Positions 20,027 through 28,904 of a DNA stretch of 64,000 bases are shown in pieces (the stretch's first letter is position 1; each line of letters starts with the position of its first letter). The stretch is from an uncultured Candidatus Rokubacteria bacterium. Its GTDB lineage: Bacteria > Methylomirabilota > Methylomirabilia > Rokubacteriales > CSP1-6. The DNA is taken from positions 1,670,663 through 1,734,662 of the forward strand of contig CAWHBD010000001.1 of NCBI GenBank assembly GCA_963827505.1, read 5' to 3'. The notes beneath the pieces are model-generated. The model did not search any database, was not told the DNA's origin, and saw nothing but the letters and a program-made list of their open reading frames with translations. Made by a program: the position numbers and the translations under genes.

Positions 20027-21209
20027 GTGACCGCCCGGGCGATTCGCTGCGGCACGCTCTTCGACGGCACCGGTGCTGCCCCCGTTCGCAACGCCGTGGT
20101 CACCGTGCAGGACGGCCGGATCACTGCCATCGGCCCCACGAGCCCCGGCCGGGGCCGAGGTGCTCGACCTCGGCGACCGGTTCGTGATGCCCGGGTTGAT
20201 CGACTGCCACAGCCACGCCTCGATCGTGCCGGGCGACGGCGACCAGCTCGGCCAGCTCTGCCGCGGCCCGGTGCCGCAGGCGCTGGCCGCGACGCGGAAT
20301 CTCCGCAAGGATCTCGCCGCCGGAACGACCACGATGCGGATCATGGGCGAGGAGCACTTCGTCGACGTCGACGTGCGCGAGGGCATCGAGGCCGGCGTCA
20401 TCACCGGTCCGCGCCTGCTGGTGGCGGGCCGGGGCCTCGCGGCCAACAACGGCCACGGCCGCGCGCTCACCAGCTACGACGGCGTGGACGACGTGCGGCG
20501 CGGCGCCCGCGAGAACCTGCGGCGCGGGGCCAACCACGTGAAGATCTTCGTGACGGGCGGCGTCAGCTCGCCCGGAACCACACCGACCTCCAGCGCCTAC
20601 ACGCGCGAGGAGATCCGGGCGGCGGTGGAGGAGGCCGATCGCGTCGGCAGCTACGCGGCCGCTCACGCCCACGGCGGCCCCGGGCTGCGGCTGGCCGTGC
20701 AGGAGGGCGTGGGCACCATCGAGCACGGCGCGCTCGCCACCGACGAGGACATCGCGCTCATGATCGAGCGGCGCGTGTGGCTGATCTGCACGTTCGGGAT
20801 CTTCCTGCACCCGACCGGGATCGAGGGCGGCGACGGCCAGCGCCCGGCCATCATGGACAAGCTGCAGTGGACGCGCCGGGTCGTGGCCGAGAACTTCCCC
20901 CGCCACCTCGCCTCCGGCGTCCGCTTCGCGGTCGGGACCGACGCCGTGCACGGCTGCCTGCCGTTCGAGCTGCAGACGCTGGTGCGGCTGGGAGTCTCGC
21001 CGGCCGACGCGCTGCTGGCCGGGACGCGCTGGGGAGCCGAGGCCTGCCGTGTCGACGCCGAGGTCGGCACGCTGCAGGCGGGCAAGCGCGCCGACCTGAT
21101 CGCGGTGGACGGCGACCCGCTGAAGGACATGGGTGCGCTGGACCGCGTGACCACCGTGATGAAGGCCGGGACCATCTACGACGGAGTCTTCGGGAGGAGC
21201 CAGCGATGA
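20027..21209 (+). pseudogene. Amidohydrolase family protein (imidazolonepropionase / prolidase-like), with one +1 frameshift (or an indel error)
   Basis: From GTG 20027 the sequence reads VTARAIRCGTLFDGTGAAPVRNAVVTVQDGRITAIGPTSP. From about 20147, in a CCCC run, the next frame reads AGAEVLDLGDRFVMPGLIDCHSH... Confidence 0.8.
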
Positions 21210-22774
21210 GCGAGATCAACGGGACCCATCGACCGGACGCACCCATCGGCCTCAGCCGCCGCGAGTGGCTGGCCGGGGCCGCGGCGGGCGTCGGTACCAT
21301 CACCGCGCCCGGTGTGCGCACGGCCTTCGCCCAGGGCACGCCCAAGCGGGGTGGCACCCTGCGCGTGGCCACCGTCGACAAGCCGGTGAACATGGACCCC
21401 GGCTACGCCCAGCTCTACTCGTCGCTGCAGATCTACCAGAACGTCTACAACAAGCTGGTCTACGTCGACGAGTCGGGGCAGTTCGTCCCCGGTCTGGCCA
21501 AGTCCTGGAAGCAGGAGAACGACAAGGCCTGGCTGTTCGACCTCGTCGACAACGCCGTCTTCCACAACGGCGAGCCGCTGACCGCCCAGGACGTCGTCTT
21601 CACCTTCACGCGGCTGCTCGACGCCAAGAACAAGCTGCCCATGCGCATCTTCTTCTCGCCGGTCGAGGCCGTGGAGGCGGTGGGAACCCACCAGGTGCGC
21701 TTCCACCTCACCAAGCCGTTCGGGCCGCTGCTCGCCATGCTGTCGCAGGCCACCGAGGTCGTGAACGAGAAGGCGCTGAAGGAGAAGGACCCCAAGCTGT
21801 TCCCGGTCGGCACCGGGCCCTTCAAGTTCGTCGAGTGGGTGAAGGACGACCACGTCACGCTGGAACGGTGGGACAAGTATTACCGACCCGGCCGTCCCTA
21901 CCTCGACCGGATCATCTTCTATGCGCCGGCCGACGACACCGTGCGGCTCACCGGGCTGCAGACCGGCCGCTACAACTGGATCCAGACCGTCCCGCCCCAG
22001 CGCATCCCCGAGCTGGAGCGCGGCCGTGATCCGAAGACCTCGCCGGGCCGGCCGTACCTGCCCTTCTATCTCAACCTGAACGCCAGCAAGCCGCCGTTCA
22101 ACGACAAGCGGATGCGGCAGGCGATCGCGTGGGCGATCGACCGCGCGGAGATCGTCAAGCTCGTCTACTTCGGCAGCCACGTCGTCACCGCCGAGCCGAC
22201 ACCGGAGCCGAGCCCGTGGGCGACCGGCGTCAACGCCCACAAGGGCGGCCCCGACCTGGCCAAGGCCCGGCAGCTGATGGCCGAGGCCGGCGTCACCGGT
22301 GGCCTCACGCTGACCTACCTGGTGAAGTCGCAGGTACCGGTGCTGGTGAAGACCGGCGAGATCCTGCGCGAGCAGCTCAAGAAGATCGGCATCACGCTCG
22401 AGGTGCAGCCGCTGGAGTCCGGCCAGTACTTCGAGGCGATGGTCGGCAAGAAGTTCGACATCGTGGGCGGCTGGTGGAGCGTCACCGTCGATCCCGACAT
22501 GTTCTACTCGCCCCTGCAGCACTCGACCTCGCCCTGGAACTTCTCGGGCTTCAAGTCCGAGGAGGCCGACAAGCGGATCGACGCCTTCCGCTTCACCACC
22601 AGCCCGGCCGCCCGCAAGAAGATGTACCCCGAGCTGGTCCGCTGGTTCCAGGAGGAGGGCTCGATCGTCGTCTTCAGCAACGAGATCCAGCGCTACTGGA
22701 TGAAGCCCAACGTCAACGGCTCGGTGCCGCTCGGCTCCCTCGAGCTGAGGTTCGAAGACACCTGGATCGCCTGA
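21206..22774 (+). CDS. ABC transporter substrate-binding protein, family 5 (peptide/nickel type), Tat-exported
   Basis: ATGA overlap with the upstream gene. Has a twin-arginine signal (SRREWLAGAAAG) and the family-5 core (GTGPFKFVEWVKDDHVTLERW). Confidence 0.9.
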   Translation: MSEINGTHRPDAPIGLSRREWLAGAAAGVGTITAPGVRTAFAQGTPKRGGTLRVATVDKPVNMDPGYAQLYSSLQIYQNVYNKLVYVDESGQFVPGLAKSWKQENDKAWLFDLVDNAVFHNGEPLTAQDVVFTFTRLLDAKNKLPMRIFFSPVEAVEAVGTHQVRFHLTKPFGPLLAMLSQATEVVNEKALKEKDPKLFPVGTGPFKFVEWVKDDHVTLERWDKYYRPGRPYLDRIIFYAPADDTVRLTGLQTGRYNWIQTVPPQRIPELERGRDPKTSPGRPYLPFYLNLNASKPPFNDKRMRQAIAWAIDRAEIVKLVYFGSHVVTAEPTPEPSPWATGVNAHKGGPDLAKARQLMAEAGVTGGLTLTYLVKSQVPVLVKTGEILREQLKKIGITLEVQPLESGQYFEAMVGKKFDIVGGWWSVTVDPDMFYSPLQHSTSPWNFSGFKSEEADKRIDAFRFTTSPAARKKMYPELVRWFQEEGSIVVFSNEIQRYWMKPNVNGSVPLGSLELRFEDTWIA

Positions 22775-23721
22775 CCGCCGGGAGCTACGCGGCGCGCCGG
22801 CTGCTGCTCGCGGTGCCGCTGCTCCTCGGCATGAGCCTGCTGGTGTTCGGGCTCATGCGGCTGGTGCCGGGGGACCCGGCGATCGCCGTGCTCGGCTACA
22901 AGGCGACGCCGGAGGGGGTCCGCGCGCTGCGCGAGGCCTTCCACCTCGACGAGCCGGTGCTGCAGCAGTACCTGCGCTGGCTCGGGGGCGCCGCCCGCGG
23001 CGACTTCGGCCTCGACTTCCGCCAGAACGAGCCGATCGGTCGCATGATCCTCGACCGCCTCCCCGTCACCCTCGAGCTCACGCTGCTGGCCACCGCCTGC
23101 GCCGCGCTCATCGGGATCCCGCTCGGTCTGCTCGGCGGCGGCCGCCGCGGGAGCGTGGCCGATCGGGCCGCCCAGGCCGTCGGCCTGCTCGGCATCTCCA
23201 TCCCCGACTTCTGGCTCGGCATCATGCTGATCCTCGGGCTCTCGCTCGGCGCCGGTCTGCTGCCCTCGGCGGGCTTCGTGCCGCTCACCGAGAGCCCCGT
23301 CGACAACCTGCTGCACCTCGTGCTGCCCGCGCTCACCCTGGCCCTGAGCCGGGCAGCGGTCCTGGGGCGGCTGACGCGAGCGGCCGTGCTCGACGTCGTG
23401 CCCCGCGCCTTCGTGCAGTTCGCGCGGGCCAAGGGGCTGACCGAGGGGGCCGTGCTCTTTCGTCACGTGCTGCCCAACGCCGCCATCCCCATCGTCACCG
23501 TCCTCGGGCTGCAGGTCGGCTACATGCTGGGCGGCGCCATCGTGGTCGAGATGATCTTCACGCTGCCCGGCGTGGGTCGGCTGACGCTCGACGCCGTCCT
23601 CGAGCGCAACTACCCGGTGGTGCAGAGCGCGGTGCTGGTCATCGGCGCCATGTTCATGCTGGTCAACCTCGCTACCGACATCGTCTACGGCCTGATCGAC
23701 CCGCGGGTGCGGCGCCGATGA
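22771..23721 (+). CDS. ABC transporter permease (DppB/OppB-like)
   Basis: Homology starts at LTAGSYAARRLLLAVPLLLGMSLLVFGLMRLVPGDPA. No ATG, GTG or TTG is available in frame there, so CTG 22771 (overlapping the upstream TGA) is the best guess. The start is uncertain. Confidence 0.8.
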   Translation: MTAGSYAARRLLLAVPLLLGMSLLVFGLMRLVPGDPAIAVLGYKATPEGVRALREAFHLDEPVLQQYLRWLGGAARGDFGLDFRQNEPIGRMILDRLPVTLELTLLATACAALIGIPLGLLGGGRRGSVADRAAQAVGLLGISIPDFWLGIMLILGLSLGAGLLPSAGFVPLTESPVDNLLHLVLPALTLALSRAAVLGRLTRAAVLDVVPRAFVQFARAKGLTEGAVLFRHVLPNAAIPIVTVLGLQVGYMLGGAIVVEMIFTLPGVGRLTLDAVLERNYPVVQSAVLVIGAMFMLVNLATDIVYGLIDPRVRRR

Positions 23722-24521
23722 GGCACGGCCGGGTGGCGTTGACCGGCCTCTGCCTCGTGGCCGCCCTGGCGACGGCGGCAGCGATCGCCCCGGCCTTGCC
23801 CATCGGCAGCCCTACCGAGATCTCGAAGGACCGTGCACTGGCCGGCCCCACGGCAGCGGAGCCGTTCGGCATGGACGACCTCGGACGCAGCGTGCTGAGC
23901 CGCGTGATCCACGCCTACCGCGTCTCCCTCGGCGTCGCCGTGACCGCCGCCCTCCTGGCGTTGGCGATCGGGGGACCGCTCGGCCTGATCGCCGGCTACG
24001 CCGAGGGGCTCGCCGAGCACCTCATCATGCGGCCGCTCGACGTGCTGATGGCCTTCCCGGCCATCCTGCTGGCCATCGCGCTCATGAGCGTGTTCGGCAC
24101 CGGCGCCGTGCTCGTCGCGGTCGCCCTGGCCGTCGTCTACACACCCATCGTAGCCCGCGTGGTGCGCGCCGCCGTGCTCGCCACCAAGGTGGAGGTCTAC
24201 GTCGACGGCGCCCGCGCCCTCGGCGCCTCCGTCCCGCGGCTGGTGCTCGCCCACATCGTGCCCAACGCGGCCACGCCGGTGCTGGTGCAGGCCTCGGTTC
24301 TGATGGCGCTCGGCATCCTGGTCGAGGCGGCGCTCTCGTTCCTGGGCGTCGGCGTCCGCCCGCCTACCCCCTCGCTCGGCCTGATGCTCGCCGACGGCCG
24401 CGGCTTCATGCTCCAGGCTCCGTGGATGGTCGTCTTCCCCGGCCTGGCCATCATGCTGGCTGTGCTTGGCTTCAACATGCTCGCCGACGGCCTGCGCGAC
24501 TGGCTCGATCGAGGACGCTGA
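23718..24521 (+). CDS. ABC transporter permease (DppC/OppC-like)
   Basis: 267 aa with an ATGA overlap. The EAA-type loop region reads DGARALGASVPRLVLAHIVPNA. Confidence 0.88.
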   Translation: MRHGRVALTGLCLVAALATAAAIAPALPIGSPTEISKDRALAGPTAAEPFGMDDLGRSVLSRVIHAYRVSLGVAVTAALLALAIGGPLGLIAGYAEGLAEHLIMRPLDVLMAFPAILLAIALMSVFGTGAVLVAVALAVVYTPIVARVVRAAVLATKVEVYVDGARALGASVPRLVLAHIVPNAATPVLVQASVLMALGILVEAALSFLGVGVRPPTPSLGLMLADGRGFMLQAPWMVVFPGLAIMLAVLGFNMLADGLRDWLDRGR

Positions 24522-24639
24522 GAGCGCCGGGGTGACACTCCGCGTCGGGGCGGCGTCGCCACGACGCCCACGCTCGTCCTAAGCCCGCATCGCGGCTGAC
24601 CCCCGACCGTGGCACGGGCGCTGCACTCCCGCCCCCGCC

Positions 24640-26289
24640 ATGCGACCTCTCACCGGGCTCCTCGCCGCGCTGCTCATCCTCGGCGGCGCCGGTGTCACCC
24701 ACGCCGCGCCGCTGCGCACGCTGTACGTGGCCACGACCGGCAACGACGCCAACGACGGCTCACTGGGCGCGCCCTGGCGCACGCTACAGCGCGCCGCCAA
24801 CCTCGTGCGGGCCGGTGACCAGGTGATCGTACGCCCGGGCAGCTACGCCGGTTTCAATCTCACCACCAGCGGCACCGCCGCCAATCCGATCCTGTTCAGC
24901 GCCGAGCCGGGCGTGATCGTCAACGCGCCGAACACGGTGCGGACGCAGGACGGCATCAACCTGGAGGGAGCCAGCTGGATCGTGATCGAAGGGTTCACCG
25001 TGATCGGGATGCCGCGCACCGGCATCCGGGCGGTCCTGAACCACCACGTGACGATCCGCCGCAACATCGGTGACGCCAACGGGCGCTGGGGCATCCTGAC
25101 CGGCTTCAGCGACGACCTGCTGATCGAGGACAACGTGATGTCGCGCTCCGCGGTCGAGCACGGCATCTACGTGAGCAACAGCGGCGACCGTCCCGTCATC
25201 CGGCGCAACTACGTGTGGGGCAACTCCGCCAACGGCATCCACATGAACGGCGACCTCAGCCAGGGCGGCGACGGCATCATCACGGGCGCGGTCGTCGAGG
25301 CCAACGTCATCCACGGCAACGGCCGCACCGGCGGTTCCGGCATCAACGGCGACGGCGTGCAGGCCTCCCGCATCGTCAACAACATCCTCTACGACAACCA
25401 CGCCAGCGGGATCTCCCTCTACCAGATCGACGGCGGCGCCCCCTCGCGCAACAACCTGATCGCCCACAACACGATCGTGCAGGCCGCCGACGGCCGCTGG
25501 GCCGTCAACATCCAGGACGCCAGCACCGGCAATCACGTGGTGAACAACATCTTGCTCACGCTGCACAGCTTCCGCGGCGTCATCGACATCTCGGCCGACA
25601 GCCTGCCCGGCTTCGTGAGCGACGCCAACGCCGTGACCGCACGCTTCACGATGAACGGCGGCAACTCCGTGCTGAGCCTGAGCGCGTGGCGCCAGGCCAC
25701 CGGCCAGGACCTGCACTCCTTCGCCACCACGCCGGCTGCGGTGTTCGTGGACGTCACCGGCGGCGACTATCACCTGAGCGCCGGCGCGCCGGCCCGTGAC
25801 ACCGCGCTGGTGACGACCGACGTGACCACCGACTTCGACGGCAAGGCGCGACCGATCGGCGGCGCCGCCGACATCGGCGCCGACGAGTGGGGCGACGTGG
25901 CCGCCCCGCCCCCACCGCCGGCCCCGGCCGATCTCGTCGTCACCGCCGTCTCCAGACCGCCGGCCAGCGTGCGGCGTGGCGGTCACTTCACGGTGACCGA
26001 CACGGTGCGCAACACCGGGGGCACAGCCGCGGCCGCGTCGACGACGCGCTACTTCCTGTCGACGGATCCGGTGAAGAGCGCGGCCGACCGGGCCCTCGAC
26101 AACCGGCGTCAGGTGCCGGGGCTCGCGCCGGGCGCGGCCTCGACCGGCAGCCTCAGCGTGCTGGTGCCGGCCAGCCTCCCGCGCGGCACCTACTTCCTGC
26201 TGGCCTGCGCCGACCAGGCGGCGGCGGTGGTGGAAGGCAGCGAGACGAACAACTGCCGGACGGCCACGACCTCGGTGAGCGTGCGGTAG
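24640..26289 (+). CDS. Secreted right-handed parallel beta-helix protein with a C-terminal CARDB-like domain
   Basis: Signal peptide MRPLTGLLAALLILGGAGVTHA. Shows repeated N-x-I/V-x-x-N beta-helix rungs, a PPPPPAP linker, and then a CARDB-like segment (DLVVTAVS...FTVTDTVRNTG...YFLLACAD...ETNNC). Confidence 0.75.
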   Translation: MRPLTGLLAALLILGGAGVTHAAPLRTLYVATTGNDANDGSLGAPWRTLQRAANLVRAGDQVIVRPGSYAGFNLTTSGTAANPILFSAEPGVIVNAPNTVRTQDGINLEGASWIVIEGFTVIGMPRTGIRAVLNHHVTIRRNIGDANGRWGILTGFSDDLLIEDNVMSRSAVEHGIYVSNSGDRPVIRRNYVWGNSANGIHMNGDLSQGGDGIITGAVVEANVIHGNGRTGGSGINGDGVQASRIVNNILYDNHASGISLYQIDGGAPSRNNLIAHNTIVQAADGRWAVNIQDASTGNHVVNNILLTLHSFRGVIDISADSLPGFVSDANAVTARFTMNGGNSVLSLSAWRQATGQDLHSFATTPAAVFVDVTGGDYHLSAGAPARDTALVTTDVTTDFDGKARPIGGAADIGADEWGDVAAPPPPPAPADLVVTAVSRPPASVRRGGHFTVTDTVRNTGGTAAAASTTRYFLSTDPVKSAADRALDNRRQVPGLAPGAASTGSLSVLVPASLPRGTYFLLACADQAAAVVEGSETNNCRTATTSVSVR

Positions 26290-26298
26290 CTACCGCAC
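26281..26298. other. Perfect 18-bp palindrome GTGCGGTAGCTACCGCAC spanning both stop codons of two abutting convergent genes
   Basis: Seen directly. The plus-strand gene ends GTG CGG TAG at 26289 and the minus-strand gene ends GTG CGG TAG at 26290. There is no intergenic spacer. Confidence 0.6.
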
Positions 26299-26853
26299 GG
26301 CCGGCGGCGATGCGCCGGGCGACTTCGTGCGGTCCAGCGCCGGCCACCGCTGGGCAACCTCCGGCAGCGGCGTCTCCTTGCCGGTCAGGCGCTCGATGGT
26401 GAGAACGTACAGCGTGATCTCACCCAGCCGCGGGAAGAACTCGCGGGGCCGCTCCCACGCCGGATCGCCGTACTTGCGCATCAGCTCGGCGAAGAAGCGG
26501 GCGCGGGCCGCCTCGGACTCGACGACGCGCAGGATCCCGAAGGCCACGACGCTGCGGTAGGCCACCGAGGTGTCGCACTCGAACCGCCCGTAGGCGAACA
26601 CGTCGCCCGCCTCGTCCACCTCGAAGCACACGCGCGACTCGTGGTCGACGTTGCGGCGCAGGTGGCCGGGCGCCCGGGCATTGTGCAGCCACACCTGGCC
26701 GTCCAGCCACACGTACAGCAACGGCACCACGTACGGCCAGCCGTCAGGCCCCACGGTGCCCAGCCGCCCGCAGAAGCCCCCGGCCAGCGTCTCCCGAGCC
26801 CGCTCATCGGACATCAGCTTGTCGACGCGGCGCACCTGCGGCGGCCCGCTCAT
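26290..26853 (-). CDS. Pyridoxamine 5'-phosphate oxidase family (FMN-binding split-barrel) protein
   Basis: ATG 26853 (MSGPPQVRRVDKLMSDERARETLAGGFCGRLGTVGPDGWPYVVPL). The part of the ORF upstream of that ATG is Arg/Pro junk. Confidence 0.78.
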   Translation of the reverse strand: MSGPPQVRRVDKLMSDERARETLAGGFCGRLGTVGPDGWPYVVPLLYVWLDGQVWLHNARAPGHLRRNVDHESRVCFEVDEAGDVFAYGRFECDTSVAYRSVVAFGILRVVESEAARARFFAELMRKYGDPAWERPREFFPRLGEITLYVLTIERLTGKETPLPEVAQRWPALDRTKSPGASPPAVR

Positions 26854-26863
26854 CCGCCGCTCC

Positions 26864-27283
26864 TCAGCGCGTGGGGCCGGGCGGCGGCGGGGGCGGCGTG
26901 GCCGGGGGTGGTGTCGGCGTGCTCCGCGGTGGCGCGGGCGTGGCGGCCGGGGGTGGCGGCGGGGGCGATCCCGGCGGAGGTGGCGGCGCGCCGGGCGGGA
27001 GCGCACTGGCCGGCGGGCACCGGAAGACCTGTGCATACACCCTCGACATGTCCTCGATGCCGAAGGTGAGCTGGGCGGTGTCGCCACCCAGTCGCACGAT
27101 CTTGCGGCGGAGGTCCTTGATCGAGTCGTCGCTGGCCGAGCCCACCAGCGTACAGCCTCGCGTCACGGCCGGGTCGGTCGTGAGCCGCACCCGGGCCATC
27201 GCGATGCGCTCGAGATCCTGGGCGGTGGCGGTCGAGGCCGTCGCGAGCAGCAGCACCATCAGGCATCCCACGCGGGTCGTCAT
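26864..27283 (-). CDS. Hypothetical exported protein (possibly DUF4156-like) with a polyproline tail
   Basis: 139 aa with a signal peptide (MTTRVGCLMVLLLATASTATA). A roughly 75-aa globular part ends VFRC, followed by PPGAPPPPPGSPPPPPPAATPAPP.... Codon third positions are GC-rich, as in neighbouring genes. Confidence 0.55.
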   Translation of the reverse strand: MTTRVGCLMVLLLATASTATAQDLERIAMARVRLTTDPAVTRGCTLVGSASDDSIKDLRRKIVRLGGDTAQLTFGIEDMSRVYAQVFRCPPASALPPGAPPPPPGSPPPPPPAATPAPPRSTPTPPPATPPPPPPGPTR

Positions 27284-27287
27284 GCCG

Positions 27288-28904
27288 TTACTGTAGCCTC
27301 CTCGCGGCTTCCTCGCGCAGCTTCACCTTCTGGATCTTGCCGGAGCTGGTCATCGGAAAGTCGTCGACGAGCAGGACGTGGCGGGGGATCTTGAAGCTGG
27401 CGATGCGGCCCCGGCAGTAGGCCACGACCTCCGCCGCGGTCACCTGCTGGCCCGGCTCGCAGCGCACGAACGCCACGCCGACCTCGGTCAGTCGCGCATC
27501 GGGAACGCCGACCACCGCCGCCAGGTTGATGGCCGGATGGCCCATGAGATAGGCCTCCACCTCCATCGGATCGACGTTCTCACCGCCAATCTTCAGCATG
27601 TCCTTGTAGCGCCCGACGAAGCGTAGGTGGCCGTCGGCCCGCAGCAGTCCCATGTCACCGGTGTGCATCCAGCCCTCGGCATCGATGGCGGCGGCCGAAG
27701 CCTCCGGCTTGTCGTAGTAGCCGCGGGTGACGGTGTAGCCGCGTACCCAGATCTCGCCGGCGACGCCGGTCGGCTGGCCGCGCGCCGTGGCGGGATCGAC
27801 GATGCGGATCTCGTAGCCGGGCGCCGGGTAGCCGGAGGCCTCGCACGACTGCTCCTCGGTGGAGTCGAGGCTGCCGATGGCGACGCCCACGCCGAACTCA
27901 CTCATGCCGTAGCCGGACACCAGCGGGCCGAACAGCGCGCGGGCCCGCCGGGCCACCGGAGTGGAGCTGGCCATGCCGGCAGCGAAGATACCGGTGCGCA
28001 CCGCGGACACGTCGCGCGCCTTCCGTCCGTGGGCCTCGATGAGCTCCTTGTAGTGGGTGTCGAAGCCGTGCAGCACGGTGGCCCGCTCGCTCTCGATGAG
28101 CGCGAGGCTCTCGTCGGGGTCGAACCCCTCGGTCAGCACCTGACGGGCGCCGGACACCATCGAGGTCAGCATGCCCTCGGAGAAGGCGAAGAGGTGGAAC
28201 AGCGGCAGGTACATCATGATGGCGTCGTGCTCGGTGATGGCCAGCCGGAAGGCCCGGTCAGTCACGTTGCGAATCATCCGATGGCTGTGCATCACGCCCT
28301 TGGGAAAGCCCGTCGTCCCCGAGGTGTACATGAGGAAGGCGAGGTCCTCGGGATCGACCGCCTCCGCGGGCGCGGCCAGCGCCGCCGGGGCCACCGCCGC
28401 CGCGCGCTCGAGCAGGTCGGCCCAGGCCACCGTTCCGGGCGGGCATTCGTCGCCGAGCACGACGACACTTCTGAGCTGCGGCAACCGGCTCGCCCGGCCG
28501 TCCACCGGTACCAGCTCGCGCACCATCGCGAGATAGTCGATGGGGCCGGAGCGCTCGGCCAGGATCACCGTGGTGGCGGTGGACTGCTCGAGGATGTAGG
28601 CGACGTCGTCGGTTCGCAGGCGGGTATTGACCGGGACCAGCACGGCGCCGATGCGCATCACCGCGAAGGCGATCTCGATCCACTCCGGACGGTTGAGCAG
28701 CCACAGGGCGACCTTGTCGCCGGGCCGGACGCCGAGGGACAGCAGCCCCCGAGCGGCCCGCTCGACACCAGCCTCGACCTGCGCGAAGGTCCATCGTCGG
28801 CCGCGGAAGCACAGCGCCTCCCGCTCGCCCCAGCGGCGTGCGGCCCGGGCGGGCAGTGCCCCCAGCGTCGACCCCGCGTTCGGCTTCAGTTGGCGCTCCT
28901 CCAC
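27288..28904 (-). CDS. AMP-dependent synthetase/ligase (acyl-CoA synthetase family)
   Basis: Best start is GTG 28904. Has the AMP-binding motif MYTSGTTGFPKGV, plus GDMG and the terminal SGKIQK. Confidence 0.88.
   Translation of the reverse strand: MEERQLKPNAGSTLGALPARAARRWGEREALCFRGRRWTFAQVEAGVERAARGLLSLGVRPGDKVALWLLNRPEWIEIAFAVMRIGAVLVPVNTRLRTDDVAYILEQSTATTVILAERSGPIDYLAMVRELVPVDGRASRLPQLRSVVVLGDECPPGTVAWADLLERAAAVAPAALAAPAEAVDPEDLAFLMYTSGTTGFPKGVMHSHRMIRNVTDRAFRLAITEHDAIMMYLPLFHLFAFSEGMLTSMVSGARQVLTEGFDPDESLALIESERATVLHGFDTHYKELIEAHGRKARDVSAVRTGIFAAGMASSTPVARRARALFGPLVSGYGMSEFGVGVAIGSLDSTEEQSCEASGYPAPGYEIRIVDPATARGQPTGVAGEIWVRGYTVTRGYYDKPEASAAAIDAEGWMHTGDMGLLRADGHLRFVGRYKDMLKIGGENVDPMEVEAYLMGHPAINLAAVVGVPDARLTEVGVAFVRCEPGQQVTAAEVVAYCRGRIASFKIPRHVLLVDDFPMTSSGKIQKVKLREEAARRLQ

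Noticed and set aside
20027-22774. 915-aa ORF spanning the amidohydrolase and the ABC binding protein
   Set aside because: It is a composite. Only its first roughly 40 codons (the amidohydrolase N-terminus) and its last roughly 520 codons (the binding protein from ATG 21206) are real. The middle is Arg/Gly/Pro-rich out-of-frame read-through of the amidohydrolase.
26871-27296. 141-aa Gly-rich plus-strand ORF (GGGGGVAGGG...)
   Set aside because: It is the reverse-complement image of the polyproline tail of the minus-strand exported protein, which has a proper signal peptide and start context.
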